Shown: piece by piece, positions 13,444-23,514 of the stretch
Numbering within the stretch: position 1 is the stretch's first letter
Layout: every line of letters starts with the position of its first letter
IMG/VR virus record: IMGVR_UViG_3300023184_000024
Location: 124,001 to 188,000 of that record
Strand: one strand, 5' to 3'
DNA length: 64,000 bases
Translations under genes and position numbers: made by a program
Notes under the pieces: model-generated
Database searches by the model: none
What the model was told of the DNA's origin: nothing
What the model saw: only the letters and a program-made list of their open reading frames with translations

Positions 13444-16218
13444 ATGGCTTACATAGTCAACAACAGCCGAGGCCAAATTATTGCGGTGGTGCAAGATGGT
13501 ACTGTAAACATCACTGCAACTAGCCAAACTTTAGTCGGCAAAAACGTAACACCTTACGGGGAGTATGAGGTTGAAAATCTTGTACACCAATTAGAAAATT
13601 TTGCTAATAGTACGCCGCCTGGAAATCCAATTGAAGGACAACTTTGGTGGGATTCTGACAATGACCTAATCAAAGCATACACAGGAACCGGTTGGAAAAA
13701 TGTTAATGGAATCACTGTAGCTACATCTGCGCCATTGATGGATCCTAGTCCTATGGTCGGGGATCTGTGGTTTAATTCATCAACCAAAGCTCTTAGTATA
13801 TATTCTAGTACCAGCACTGGATATGCCTGGATCCCGGTTAATATAGTAAATGTGGCTTCGAGTGCTCCTACAGCCAACGTTGCTGGTGAAGTATACTATA
13901 ATAGCACCAGCAGTCAATTGTTTATATGGAACGGCACACAATGGAATCTAGTAGGGCCAGAGAATGTACTAGGCTTTGCTACCACACGCTGGACCAGTAC
14001 CACTCTATTAGATACCAACAGCGCCGAGCATGCAGTCATTGAAGCTGTGGTTGAAGGTATTGTCATTGCTATTATTTCCTCTGACGAATTTACTATATAC
14101 GGATCCCAGGCTCCGGCTGGCTTTACAAAACTCTATCCCGGAATCAACATGAGCAGTAGTTATGTTCTAGCCGGTCGTGCAACCAATGCTGATCAGTTAA
14201 CCACAGCTAGAACAATTAACGGTGTTGCATTTGATGGTACAACTAATATTACCATAGCCAATAATGGAGAATTAACAGCCGGCACTTACCTGGTTGGCAC
14301 CCCATACTCAGGAGCGGCTAATCAAACCTGGACAGTTGATGCAACTTTTACCAATACTCCCAGCAAGGTAGTGGCTCGAAATAGCAGTGGTGATTTTTCT
14401 GCACGTACAATCACTGCCAATGTGACCGGTAATGTAACAGGATATTCAACCAACGTCACTGGTATAGTTGCCGCAGACCACGGCGGTACTGGCTACTCTA
14501 GTTTTATTGAAGGCCAAATTTTAGTTGGCAATTCACTGGGCGGGCTTAATCGAGCCAACATAACCGGCAGTGGTCCTATAGAGGTCAGCAGTGACGGCAA
14601 CGGTATATCTATTTCTTATGCTGGTGGAACTGGCAGTGGCAATGTCACCTATGTAGGCATTACTGCTGGCACAGGTATTGGAGTTTCTGGTAGCCCAATT
14701 ACGTCTGCAGGTAACATCACAATCACCAACTCGGGTGTTACAAAAATAACACCGGGTTCGGGTGTCTCAATCAACTCAGGCAGCGGCAATGTTGTTGTCA
14801 CCAACAGCGGTGTCATTCGAGCTGTCGCTGGCACTGGCATTGGCCTTAATCAAGAAACTGGCCAAGTTACAATCACCAACTCGGGTGTGACCAGCATTGT
14901 TGCTGGCACAAACATCAGTGTTAACCAAAGCAATGGTGCAGTCACCATTAGTTCAACTGGCGGTGGTGGCGGAACTTACAGTTTACCGGCTGCAACGGCC
15001 AGCACCCTAGGCGGTGTTAAAGTGGGTGCTGGGTTAAGTGTCACACCCGGTGGTACATTGTCTGCACTGGCAAGTAGCGCAGTGACACAAATTGTTGCAG
15101 GTAACGGTTTAACTGGTGGCACTATTACATCAACTGGCACCATTGGCATTGACAGCACAGTGATGACCACTACTGGAACACAGACAGTCACAGGAAAGAA
15201 AGCGTACACTGGTGGCATTGTTAGTCAAACATATAATTTTTCAGACACAGGGTATAGTATCTTTTATGCTGACCCAACTTTCCCCGGATACACAGAATCT
15301 GTGGTACAGATAGCCGTTGCTAATGCTTTTTCTCACCAATTTTATAGAAAACGTTTTGTAGTAGAAGGTAGTGCAGATGTGCCACCAGGAACTACTAGAC
15401 CAGCTGGTGCAGTCATCACCGGCATTGACAACGGTAATACTGGCGGAGCTGGCATACAAGGTTGGCATACAAGCAGTGTTCCCGGATTGGGGATTGGCAC
15501 TGGTGCTCTTACCACCAGCGGATTATTCACTGGCGCATTGTTTCAAAGTAATGCAAGCCGAACCAAAGGCCCACAATTTGTACAAATTAGATGTTATTCG
15601 AGTACAAGTTCAACTCCCGATCCAGTGTTTGTGGTCAACGGACAAGGCGATGTTTCCTATGATGGTAACATAACTACTCCTGCCAGCGACTATGCTGAAT
15701 ATTTTGAATGGTCTGACGGTAATCCCAATGCTGATGATCGTGTTGGCTACTCTGTGACGTTGTCAGGTAACCAAATTCAACTAGCACAATCCGGCGATAC
15801 TGTGCTTGGTGTGGTGTCAGCCATGCCTGCTATCATTGGCGATGGCGCTGAACTCAAATGGAAAGACATGTACTTGACCGACGACTGGGGTCGGCCAATC
15901 ACAGAACCATATTATGAAATGACCTGGACTGATGAAAAGGGCGATAAACAAAGTTGTGCCAGCTTTGAAGATCAATCCGGTGTTCCCGGTAATGCAGTGC
16001 GTGTAGATGTAGATCCTGCTGGTAACCCACTTGTTAGAATAGTGGTCAACCCCGAATACGATCCAAGTATCAAGTACACTCCACGTAGCAAACGCAAGGA
16101 GTGGTCTCCTGTTGGTCTACTAGGTAAATTGCGTGTGCGCAAAGGTCAGCCAGTTGGTACTAACTGGGTCAAGTTGCGAGACATCACTGCCAACATCGAA
16201 GAATGGTTGATTAGATAA
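13444..16218 (+). CDS. tail fibre / receptor-binding protein with C-terminal autocleaving chaperone (peptidase G2-like) domain
   Basis: GQLWWD/GDLWF repeats, RTINGVAFDGT motif, Gly/Thr-rich 24-aa repeats, DYAEYFEW...WSPVGLLGKL. Confidence 0.8.
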   Translation: MAYIVNNSRGQIIAVVQDGTVNITATSQTLVGKNVTPYGEYEVENLVHQLENFANSTPPGNPIEGQLWWDSDNDLIKAYTGTGWKNVNGITVATSAPLMDPSPMVGDLWFNSSTKALSIYSSTSTGYAWIPVNIVNVASSAPTANVAGEVYYNSTSSQLFIWNGTQWNLVGPENVLGFATTRWTSTTLLDTNSAEHAVIEAVVEGIVIAIISSDEFTIYGSQAPAGFTKLYPGINMSSSYVLAGRATNADQLTTARTINGVAFDGTTNITIANNGELTAGTYLVGTPYSGAANQTWTVDATFTNTPSKVVARNSSGDFSARTITANVTGNVTGYSTNVTGIVAADHGGTGYSSFIEGQILVGNSLGGLNRANITGSGPIEVSSDGNGISISYAGGTGSGNVTYVGITAGTGIGVSGSPITSAGNITITNSGVTKITPGSGVSINSGSGNVVVTNSGVIRAVAGTGIGLNQETGQVTITNSGVTSIVAGTNISVNQSNGAVTISSTGGGGGTYSLPAATASTLGGVKVGAGLSVTPGGTLSALASSAVTQIVAGNGLTGGTITSTGTIGIDSTVMTTTGTQTVTGKKAYTGGIVSQTYNFSDTGYSIFYADPTFPGYTESVVQIAVANAFSHQFYRKRFVVEGSADVPPGTTRPAGAVITGIDNGNTGGAGIQGWHTSSVPGLGIGTGALTTSGLFTGALFQSNASRTKGPQFVQIRCYSSTSSTPDPVFVVNGQGDVSYDGNITTPASDYAEYFEWSDGNPNADDRVGYSVTLSGNQIQLAQSGDTVLGVVSAMPAIIGDGAELKWKDMYLTDDWGRPITEPYYEMTWTDEKGDKQSCASFEDQSGVPGNAVRVDVDPAGNPLVRIVVNPEYDPSIKYTPRSKRKEWSPVGLLGKLRVRKGQPVGTNWVKLRDITANIEEWLIR

Positions 16219-16278
16219 CTTAGAGGTTGATTTAGTTGGGCAATAAGTATATAATTATTGCACTAACTAAACTTCCTT

Positions 16279-17427
16279 ATGCATCTCATAGACTATCCAG
16301 TCACTGATCGTTTCGGCTACTATCAAATTGGCCAACAAAAATTTTATTCCAAATATCTGGCCATTCAGGAACATACCCGAACAGGCATACATCCCGAGTG
16401 GCATTTTAATGACGAAGTTTTTTCTAGCTACAATTGGAAGGAAGAGCCTGCGGAATCGCTGGACAAACTGTATCAACAACGTGCTGAACAGCTAAGAAAC
16501 AAATATGATTATCTTGTGTTGTTGTACAGTGGAGGCTCAGATAGCCACAACATATTAGATGTTTTTATTAACAACAACATCAAGCTTGACGAAATTTGTA
16601 CCTATCACAATTTAAGTGCGCCCGGTCAACAAGATCTTGGCACCAATGCTGAAGTTCTACGTGCGGCATTTCCATACATGGAACATGTACGATCTACGCA
16701 CCCTGAAATACGTCAACGCATTGTGGACATAACCCCAAACCAGGTATCCTATTGGCTCAATGACCAATACGGTCAACTTTGGCTGGAAAACCTTTCCAAC
16801 AATTTTCATTTGGGAAGTATTCAAAGTCAAATAAAATACTCGCTGGATCCCGAGTACGCACAAATGCGAGATCGTGGCGTAAAAATTGGATTTATTGTGG
16901 GCACAGATAAGCCCAGAGTCTGGCAGATTGATGGTCGCTGGTGTGTAAGGTTCATTGATACATTTACAGATTTTATATTTCATTGCCAAGACGATGGTAC
17001 TGAGTTTTTTTATTGGTCACCGGACTTGCCCAAACTAATTATTAAACAGTCGCACATTGTCAAACGTTATCTTGAGCAGGCCACAGAATCAACACCGTTT
17101 GTTAGTACCACAAAAAAAATTGAGTTGGCCTGCAAGGAACACAATGGAAAAAAACTTTGGCTAAGTGACCATGGTGTACACAGTTTGCTTTACCCAACCT
17201 GGAACATCAATACATTTAGTCTAGGCAAAGATCCGCACAAGGCCTGGGGAATTAGAGATATCTGGTTTAGAGATACTCTACACAAAGAAAATCATCAAAG
17301 CTTTAAAAACTACAAACATCAATTTGATACTTGGTGGAATTCGGTTCCGGACTATTGGAAAAATGATCCAGTTGATCGTAATCGAGGACAAAAGCTTTGT
17401 TGGAGCAGACCGTATTATCTTAATTGA
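16279..17427 (+). CDS. PP-loop (adenine nucleotide alpha hydrolase-like) protein
   Basis: LLYSGGSDS motif. Confidence 0.65.
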   Translation: MHLIDYPVTDRFGYYQIGQQKFYSKYLAIQEHTRTGIHPEWHFNDEVFSSYNWKEEPAESLDKLYQQRAEQLRNKYDYLVLLYSGGSDSHNILDVFINNNIKLDEICTYHNLSAPGQQDLGTNAEVLRAAFPYMEHVRSTHPEIRQRIVDITPNQVSYWLNDQYGQLWLENLSNNFHLGSIQSQIKYSLDPEYAQMRDRGVKIGFIVGTDKPRVWQIDGRWCVRFIDTFTDFIFHCQDDGTEFFYWSPDLPKLIIKQSHIVKRYLEQATESTPFVSTTKKIELACKEHNGKKLWLSDHGVHSLLYPTWNINTFSLGKDPHKAWGIRDIWFRDTLHKENHQSFKNYKHQFDTWWNSVPDYWKNDPVDRNRGQKLCWSRPYYLN

Positions 17428-17434
17428 GGAAAAC

Positions 17435-18325
17435 ATGTTAAAAAAATTCGCAACATCAATGTTAATCGCAGTTAGTTCAACTGTGTGGGCACAGTCAGAA
17501 CCTTTGCGTTTTCTGTTGCCATATGCACCTGGTGGATCAATTGATAAAATTGCCAGGGCCATTGAAAAGCCCTTGGAAAAAGAACTAGGACGACCGGTTG
17601 TGGTTGACTACAAGGCAGGTGCTGGTGGTCTAGTTGGCGCACAGTGGCTTAAAAATCATCAAAGCAAGACACCAACAATCATGCTTATGCCTGCGCCAAG
17701 TTTGGCATTCACTGATGAAGTCGACGCGGTTGCGGACTTCCCCCCAGTTTATTATGTTGGATACATTCCTGAGATGCTGGTGGCCCGGCCAGAATTTAAA
17801 TACAATACCTTGTCCCAGCTCATGAACGACAAGAATCGAGGAAAACTCAACTTGGCCACAGTTGCCAAAGGAGACCCCACTTCCACATTGCATGCTCGAC
17901 TGAACGACAGTAATGCTGTGCTGGTACCATACAAAGGTTCTAGTCAAAGCATAGTTGATGTAATGGCCGGGCATGTGGACCTTGCTGGCACATCAACCAC
18001 TGCGGTCCTGGAAATGATAGCTGCCGGTAAATTAAAAGGCCTAGGCGTTGGTGGTCCACGGAGATCGTCGGCGTTGCCCAACATACCAACATTTGATGAG
18101 CAAGGCATTGGTTGGAAGGCCACTCTAAGGTATTTTATCTTTGTAAATCGCTCTGCCGATGCCGACGAAGTTAAAACCATTGTATCTGCCCTGAATCGTG
18201 CTGTACGTAGTCCGGAGTTTGTGCAATCTAAAAAACAAATGGATCTGCATGACGAACCGTACCAAGGTACTGTTGCCCAATTTTTCTCACTGGCACTAGA
18301 ACAAACACGGCAAAACCGCCCTTGA
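17435..18325 (+). CDS. Bug/TctC tripartite tricarboxylate transporter substrate-binding protein
   Basis: signal peptide, PYAPGGSID..AR, VDYKAGAGG, VPYKG, LPNIPTFDEQG; GAGGA RBS. Confidence 0.9.
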   Translation: MLKKFATSMLIAVSSTVWAQSEPLRFLLPYAPGGSIDKIARAIEKPLEKELGRPVVVDYKAGAGGLVGAQWLKNHQSKTPTIMLMPAPSLAFTDEVDAVADFPPVYYVGYIPEMLVARPEFKYNTLSQLMNDKNRGKLNLATVAKGDPTSTLHARLNDSNAVLVPYKGSSQSIVDVMAGHVDLAGTSTTAVLEMIAAGKLKGLGVGGPRRSSALPNIPTFDEQGIGWKATLRYFIFVNRSADADEVKTIVSALNRAVRSPEFVQSKKQMDLHDEPYQGTVAQFFSLALEQTRQNRP

Positions 18326-18392
18326 TTGCTTGATTTGCAAGTGTGGCATAAAACCCACACTTTTTTTGTGGCCAAAATATTGCATAAAACAG

Positions 18393-18421
18393 TTGACACA
18401 ATAATGTAGATTTTGTATAAT
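18393..18421 (+). promoter_or_regulatory. consensus sigma70 promoter
   Basis: TTGACA-17-TATAAT. Confidence 0.9.
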
Positions 18422-18455
18422 ACGTGTACATTAAAACTTTTAAAGAAAGAGCCCT

Positions 18456-19559
18456 ATGTCAAAAGCAAGTGTAAGCGATAGTCGTACAGTCACCGCAATT
18501 GGTGCCAAAAAAGCAATTAAAAAATGCTTTGATAAAAAACGTCCAATTTTCCTATGGGGTCCTCCCGGAATTGGCAAAAGTGAAGTTGTTGCAGGTATTA
18601 CGCAAGATCTCAGTGGATTAATGATTGACCTACGCCTAGGTCAGATGGATCCCACCGACATCCGAGGTATTCCGTTTTACAACAAAGAACTAGGGAAAAT
18701 GGATTGGGCGCCGCCCATCGACTTGCCCGACGAAGAAACTGCTAGCCAGTATCCCATTGTGGTGTTGTTTCTTGATGAAATGAACTCGGCGGCACCCGGC
18801 GTTCAGTCAGCCGCTTACCAACTTATTTTGAACCGACGGGTAGGCAAGTATAAACTGCCCGACAACGTTGTTATGGTGGCCGCAGGAAATCGTGAAAGTG
18901 ATAAAGGCGTTACCTATCGTATGCCTACTCCGTTGGCAAATCGTTTCATCCATGCTGAGATGCGAGTAGACTTCCAAAGTTGGTTAGAGTGGGCTACTAA
19001 TAACAGAATTCACAAAGATGTTGTGGGATATTTGAGTTTTGCAAAACAAGATTTGTACGACTTTGACGCTCGCTCTAGCTCACGTGCCTTTGCTACTCCA
19101 CGTAGCTGGACATTCGTCAGCGAACTGTTGGAAGAAGATGACACAGAAGATGTCACGCTCACAGACTTAATTGCCGGCAGTGTCGGTGAAGGCCTTGCTG
19201 TTAAGTTCATGGCTCACCGTAAAATTGCGGGTAAACTGCCCAAGCCCGAAGAGGTGTTGTCCGGCAAGGTCAAGGACTTAAAGGTCAAAGAGGTGAGTGC
19301 CATGTACAGTCTTGTTATCAGCCTGTGCTATGAACTCAAAGATGCTATAGAAGTAAGAAAAGTCTCTGACAAAGATTTCCACGCAATGAGTGACAATTTC
19401 TTCCGTTACATGATGGATAATTTTGAAACTGAGCTTGTTGTTATGGGTGCTCGTATTGCACTTACCACATACAACTTACCATTCCAACCTACCAAGTTAA
19501 AAAACTTTGACGAGTTCCATCAGCGTTATGGCAAGTACATCTTGCAAGCCAACTCTTAA
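18456..19559 (+). CDS. MoxR-like AAA+ ATPase
   Basis: GPPGIGKS Walker A, LFLDE Walker B, AAGN sensor, LANRF, TPRSW. Confidence 0.9.
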   Translation: MSKASVSDSRTVTAIGAKKAIKKCFDKKRPIFLWGPPGIGKSEVVAGITQDLSGLMIDLRLGQMDPTDIRGIPFYNKELGKMDWAPPIDLPDEETASQYPIVVLFLDEMNSAAPGVQSAAYQLILNRRVGKYKLPDNVVMVAAGNRESDKGVTYRMPTPLANRFIHAEMRVDFQSWLEWATNNRIHKDVVGYLSFAKQDLYDFDARSSSRAFATPRSWTFVSELLEEDDTEDVTLTDLIAGSVGEGLAVKFMAHRKIAGKLPKPEEVLSGKVKDLKVKEVSAMYSLVISLCYELKDAIEVRKVSDKDFHAMSDNFFRYMMDNFETELVVMGARIALTTYNLPFQPTKLKNFDEFHQRYGKYILQANS

Positions 19560-19602
19560 AGAGTTTTGGGGTTGGGTCGCTCCGTAACAGGGACATAGGG
19601 CT

Positions 19603-19839
19603 ATGTCGAACCCAACCCCTCTCTATACCACTGTAAGGATCAGCTTTGATCCTTACAGCCATGATCAAGTACAAGACTTGCTTCGTAAAGTTCAGCGCGA
19701 CTTTGGCCGAGACCGATCACGTTGGTATTACCAAAGTCCGTTACTTGGCATGGACACCCAGGTCAATACTTGGACTGTTGATTTTTGCTTTCGAGAGCCA
19801 CATGATGCCACGTTGTTCGGACTCAAGTACTTGAGGTGA
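19603..19839 (+). CDS. hypothetical protein
   Basis: 78-aa ORF ending in F.....DATLFGLKY, resembling the C-termini of 20838..21206 and 25362..25685. Confidence 0.6.
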   Translation: MSNPTPLYTTVRISFDPYSHDQVQDLLRKVQRDFGRDRSRWYYQSPLLGMDTQVNTWTVDFCFREPHDATLFGLKYLR

Positions 19840-20805
19840 TTGTATAATGGTTTCAAGTTGGCCATCGATGCTACAACTGTCAGAATTCTTAAACTCTGAG
19901 AGTGCCGGCACCAACCATTCGTAGTCTACTTTGTAGTTGTGTCTTATTCGATTCTCCAACCAAAATTGATTGGTCATATGAGTCCAAGGACTGATGCCTT
20001 GCAGTCCAGAAAAGGTAACTCCCATGTCTTTGCATAGATCACGATAACTTAGAATTTCTTTGTAGTTTCCGTATTGTACAACAAATTGAGTTATAACAGG
20101 AATTCCTAAATCAATCACTTGCTTCATTCCTTTAACCATAATACCAAAGTTACCGCCACGTATTTTTTGATATGTTTCAGGGGTGCTAGCATCCATAGAC
20201 ACTGTTATTCCAGAAATTCGATTTTTAATCTTGGCTATTAGATCAATGTTTTTTGATAGTAGATTACCGTTTGAATTTATACTCAATTTGAAACACGATG
20301 GCAATCTATCTGAACTTAGGAAATCCAAATATGCAGTACTCATCAGCATTTCTCCGCGGCCATCCCCTTGTATCAAAACGGTGTGATCAAAATTTTGATA
20401 TTCCTCAATCAGACTGTTCAGTACGTGTCTGGCACCTGGATTGATTTCTTTGGTATGATAAAAATCACTGCGACAACTTGGGCAAGCAAGATTACAACTT
20501 CGGTCCAGATCTTGCAAATAGATATTCGTAGGCAAAGAAGGTGTTGGTATATTCGATAAATCAGTTACCGAATCCATGGACCAGTATCGTCCACACACAT
20601 TCGAATCACAGAATTTAAAGCTTTGATTATAAATGCTGTTTCTGAATTCTTGGGTTTTAGGTGATGCAAAAATATCGTGGAGTGTTTGGCTATTCAAATT
20701 CCCAGCAGGACCTTGTGTTTGCCAGCCTGGACATAAACATAGCACTACATCACCGTTCTGACTAATATTAACAGTGTTCCAAGGGCTATCACAAAATTTT
20801 AACAT
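19741..20805 (-). CDS. radical SAM protein with N-terminal SPASM/twitch-like domain
   Basis: FCDSPW..CLC, CNLACPSC, SMDA..ETY..IRGG; paralogous to 43617..44693. Confidence 0.85.
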   Translation of the reverse strand: MLKFCDSPWNTVNISQNGDVVLCLCPGWQTQGPAGNLNSQTLHDIFASPKTQEFRNSIYNQSFKFCDSNVCGRYWSMDSVTDLSNIPTPSLPTNIYLQDLDRSCNLACPSCRSDFYHTKEINPGARHVLNSLIEEYQNFDHTVLIQGDGRGEMLMSTAYLDFLSSDRLPSCFKLSINSNGNLLSKNIDLIAKIKNRISGITVSMDASTPETYQKIRGGNFGIMVKGMKQVIDLGIPVITQFVVQYGNYKEILSYRDLCKDMGVTFSGLQGISPWTHMTNQFWLENRIRHNYKVDYEWLVPALSEFKNSDSCSIDGQLETIIQSPQVLESEQRGIMWLSKAKINSPSIDLGVHAK

Positions 20806-20837
20806 ATAACAATATTTAGTAACCTTAAATAACAGAT

Positions 20838-21206
20838 ATGAAATACACTATACAAAAACTAGATGGAAGATTTAGTTATAATAATGATTTTAATTATTGC
20901 ATCAAGTTTAGTAACCGAATGAGTGGCAATAATGGTCCTTTGGAGTTTACTAGGTCGCACCAGTGGTTTGTTAACACGTACGGCTGGAGTGCCGAAATAC
21001 GACAATGGAGTGAAATCCGTAATTGGTACACCAAATCGGTACCAATGATGTCTGCCAAGGGCGGATGGGGTAGACCCGTTTCACCAAATACACCTCCCGA
21101 GTGCAATCCGATTTGGAGTTGGTCCAATGGGTACGAGGATTTGAGGATTTATGTTGCCAGTGACAAAGAGCTTGCATTTTTTAAGCTTGCTCATCAGGTT
21201 GACTAA
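20838..21206 (+). CDS. hypothetical protein
   Basis: 122-aa ORF directly after TAAATA. Confidence 0.7.
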   Translation: MKYTIQKLDGRFSYNNDFNYCIKFSNRMSGNNGPLEFTRSHQWFVNTYGWSAEIRQWSEIRNWYTKSVPMMSAKGGWGRPVSPNTPPECNPIWSWSNGYEDLRIYVASDKELAFFKLAHQVD

Positions 21207-21227
21207 TAAATTGATTTTATATATAAT
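21199..21227 (+). promoter_or_regulatory. sigma70-type promoter
   Basis: TTGACT-17-TATAAT. Confidence 0.8.
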
Positions 21228-21260
21228 AACACTATACACATTAAGGAGCGTCACAAGATT

Positions 21261-22556
21261 ATGACTACTACTACAGAAAACAAAAAAGAATTGGCAAAGA
21301 AGTTTGCCAATTTAATCGGACCGACGGATTTCAAATTGGATCGTGAAGTTCGAGAGTTGTTAGTCACTGCCCGTGTGGGCATGTTGCTCAAGGCATCGTT
21401 TTTTGGCAATTTGGCAACTCGTTTAAAACTAGTGAATGCCGATGAGTGGTGCGCCACTGCCGCGACTGATGGCAGAAACTTTTACTACAATACCCGATTT
21501 ATTAAAATGCTCAAGCCCAAAGAACTCGAGTTCTTGTTTGGACATGAGGTACTGCACTGTGTCTATGACCACTTTGGGCGTAGAGGTGAGCGAGATCATC
21601 AGTTGTGGAACATTGCCAATGACTATTGTGTTAATGGTGATTTGAAAAAACACAAAGTAGGAGACTTTATTACATCTGTACCTTGCTTGTATGATGCCAA
21701 GTACGAAGGTATGAGCTCGGAAGAAGTCTATGATATCCTGTATGAAAATGCAGAAAAGCTTGACCTAAATGGATTGTTAGACAAAATAATCGATGAGCAC
21801 ATGGACGGTGATGAAGAAGGCGATGGCAATAGCGTCGGTAACCGTGACGGGGACAAAGAAGGCAAAGGCCGTCCAAAGTTGACCGAAGAAGAACGTGCCA
21901 AAATCCGTGACGAGATAAAAGAAGCTGTGTTATCTGCGGCACAGACATGCGATGCCGGTAACTTGCCAGCAGGTGTAAAACGGCTAATCCAAAATTTAAC
22001 TGAGCCTGTACTAAATTGGCGTGAGTTGTTGCGTATGCAATTGGAATCAACTATTAAAAGCGATTACAGTTGGATGAGAGCCAGTCGCAAGGGTTGGGAC
22101 ATGGATGCCATTATGCCCGGAATGAAAAAGACCGATGCCATTGATATTGCTGTGGCCATTGACACGTCCGGTTCGATATCTGAGGAACAGGCAAGAGATT
22201 TCTTAAGTGAGATCAAAGGTATCATGGAATCGTTTGACAGTTACAACATACATGTATTCACTTTTGATACCGAAACTTACAATCCTCAAGTTTACACATC
22301 GGACAATTTAGAAAACATCGAGGATTACGATGTCCAAGGTGGCGGTGGCACCGAATTTACAGCAATTTTTAGATATCTTAAAGATGCCGAGATTGAACCT
22401 AAAAAACTAGTGGTGTTCACAGATGGATTTCCGTTTGGATCATGGGGCGATCCCAACTACTGTGACACAGTTTGGATTATACATAGTAACCCAAATCCTG
22501 ATCCACCGTTTGGTGTCTGGGCCGAGTACGGCAACAGTGAGTATGATTGCGATTAA
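21261..22556 (+). CDS. DUF2201-type metallopeptidase + vWA domain protein (MoxR partner)
   Basis: TAATDG, HEVLH (HExxH), DTSGS MIDAS, GGGGT, FTDG. Confidence 0.9.
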   Translation: MTTTTENKKELAKKFANLIGPTDFKLDREVRELLVTARVGMLLKASFFGNLATRLKLVNADEWCATAATDGRNFYYNTRFIKMLKPKELEFLFGHEVLHCVYDHFGRRGERDHQLWNIANDYCVNGDLKKHKVGDFITSVPCLYDAKYEGMSSEEVYDILYENAEKLDLNGLLDKIIDEHMDGDEEGDGNSVGNRDGDKEGKGRPKLTEEERAKIRDEIKEAVLSAAQTCDAGNLPAGVKRLIQNLTEPVLNWRELLRMQLESTIKSDYSWMRASRKGWDMDAIMPGMKKTDAIDIAVAIDTSGSISEEQARDFLSEIKGIMESFDSYNIHVFTFDTETYNPQVYTSDNLENIEDYDVQGGGGTEFTAIFRYLKDAEIEPKKLVVFTDGFPFGSWGDPNYCDTVWIIHSNPNPDPPFGVWAEYGNSEYDCD

Positions 22557-22607
22557 CGGCATTGATAAAAAAATATCAAGTCAAGTATTGCGATTAAATA
22601 TCATACT

Positions 22608-22823
22608 ATGAGCACACCCACACAACTAACCATAAACGACTTAGCTGAATTAAGGGCTATGATCGAAGCCGCTGTAGAGCGCGGGGCCTTCAAGGCCAAC
22701 GAAGTCAAAGCTGTGGGCGAAGTTTATGATAGACTCAATTTATTTGTTGAGCATATTATTAAACAAGCCCAAGTGGCGGCTGAGACAGATACCAAACCCA
22801 ATAAGGAAAATCAAAATGATTAA
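22608..22823 (+). CDS. hypothetical protein
   Basis: 71-aa ORF after TAAATA; LTINDL...RGAFKANE. Confidence 0.7.
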   Translation: MSTPTQLTINDLAELRAMIEAAVERGAFKANEVKAVGEVYDRLNLFVEHIIKQAQVAAETDTKPNKENQND

Positions 22824-23514
22824 ACACGTAGGTAAACACGGTGACCGAAAGGTTGCCATTATATTTAGAGAAGTGCCAAGCGAAGAGCATATGGCTCTGG
22901 TAATTTACCCAGAGACTTTGCCTGTTTCCATGCATGACAGCATAATGCGTACAATTGAAAGCAAGGAAGGCCAATCGGCAGAAAATCTTGGAGATGCATT
23001 ATTTCGTAGTCTATTTCCAGATGGTCGGCCTATGTTACAAACTTTGCATGCCGAAGGTATGCTTAAAAAAGTACAGACTAAACAAGTGGTAGTCACGCCA
23101 AATCCAAGTAGCCACGTTAATCTTGAAGAAATGAATCGTATCATTAAAGAGATGAAAATGGGCGAAGAAGCAATCAAGAAGATGTCTGACATTGACAACA
23201 ATCGAGGCATGAGTAACTACAAACGCAAAGACGACTTTGGTAGAGAAATTGGCGGACCTGCTGGCGGCCGTGGCTCACAAGTTGCCGGCAGTGATGCCGC
23301 TCGTGCGCTAGATGATGCCGCGCTTGCTGACAACTTCCGTGATCAGGCTACAAGAATGGCTGCCGAGGCAAAAAGTCTGTTAGCCGAGAGCGCAAGATTA
23401 ATGAAAGAGGCTGCGTTGATGGGCGGTGCTACTCTAGAAACTAGTACTCCATCTGTTGAGCCAAAGAAACGAGGCCGACCTAGTAAAACTAAGGCGGCGG
23501 ATGCAACTCTCTGA
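22816..23514 (+). CDS. hypothetical protein with C-terminal KKRGRP AT-hook-like tail
   Basis: AAGGA RBS, start MIKHVGKHG. Confidence 0.75.
   Translation: MIKHVGKHGDRKVAIIFREVPSEEHMALVIYPETLPVSMHDSIMRTIESKEGQSAENLGDALFRSLFPDGRPMLQTLHAEGMLKKVQTKQVVVTPNPSSHVNLEEMNRIIKEMKMGEEAIKKMSDIDNNRGMSNYKRKDDFGREIGGPAGGRGSQVAGSDAARALDDAALADNFRDQATRMAAEAKSLLAESARLMKEAALMGGATLETSTPSVEPKKRGRPSKTKAADATL

Noticed and set aside
14640-15130. Repeats in the tail fibre as a DGR or shufflon target
   Set aside because: Degenerate protein-level repeats only; no reverse transcriptase, template repeat or invertase in the window
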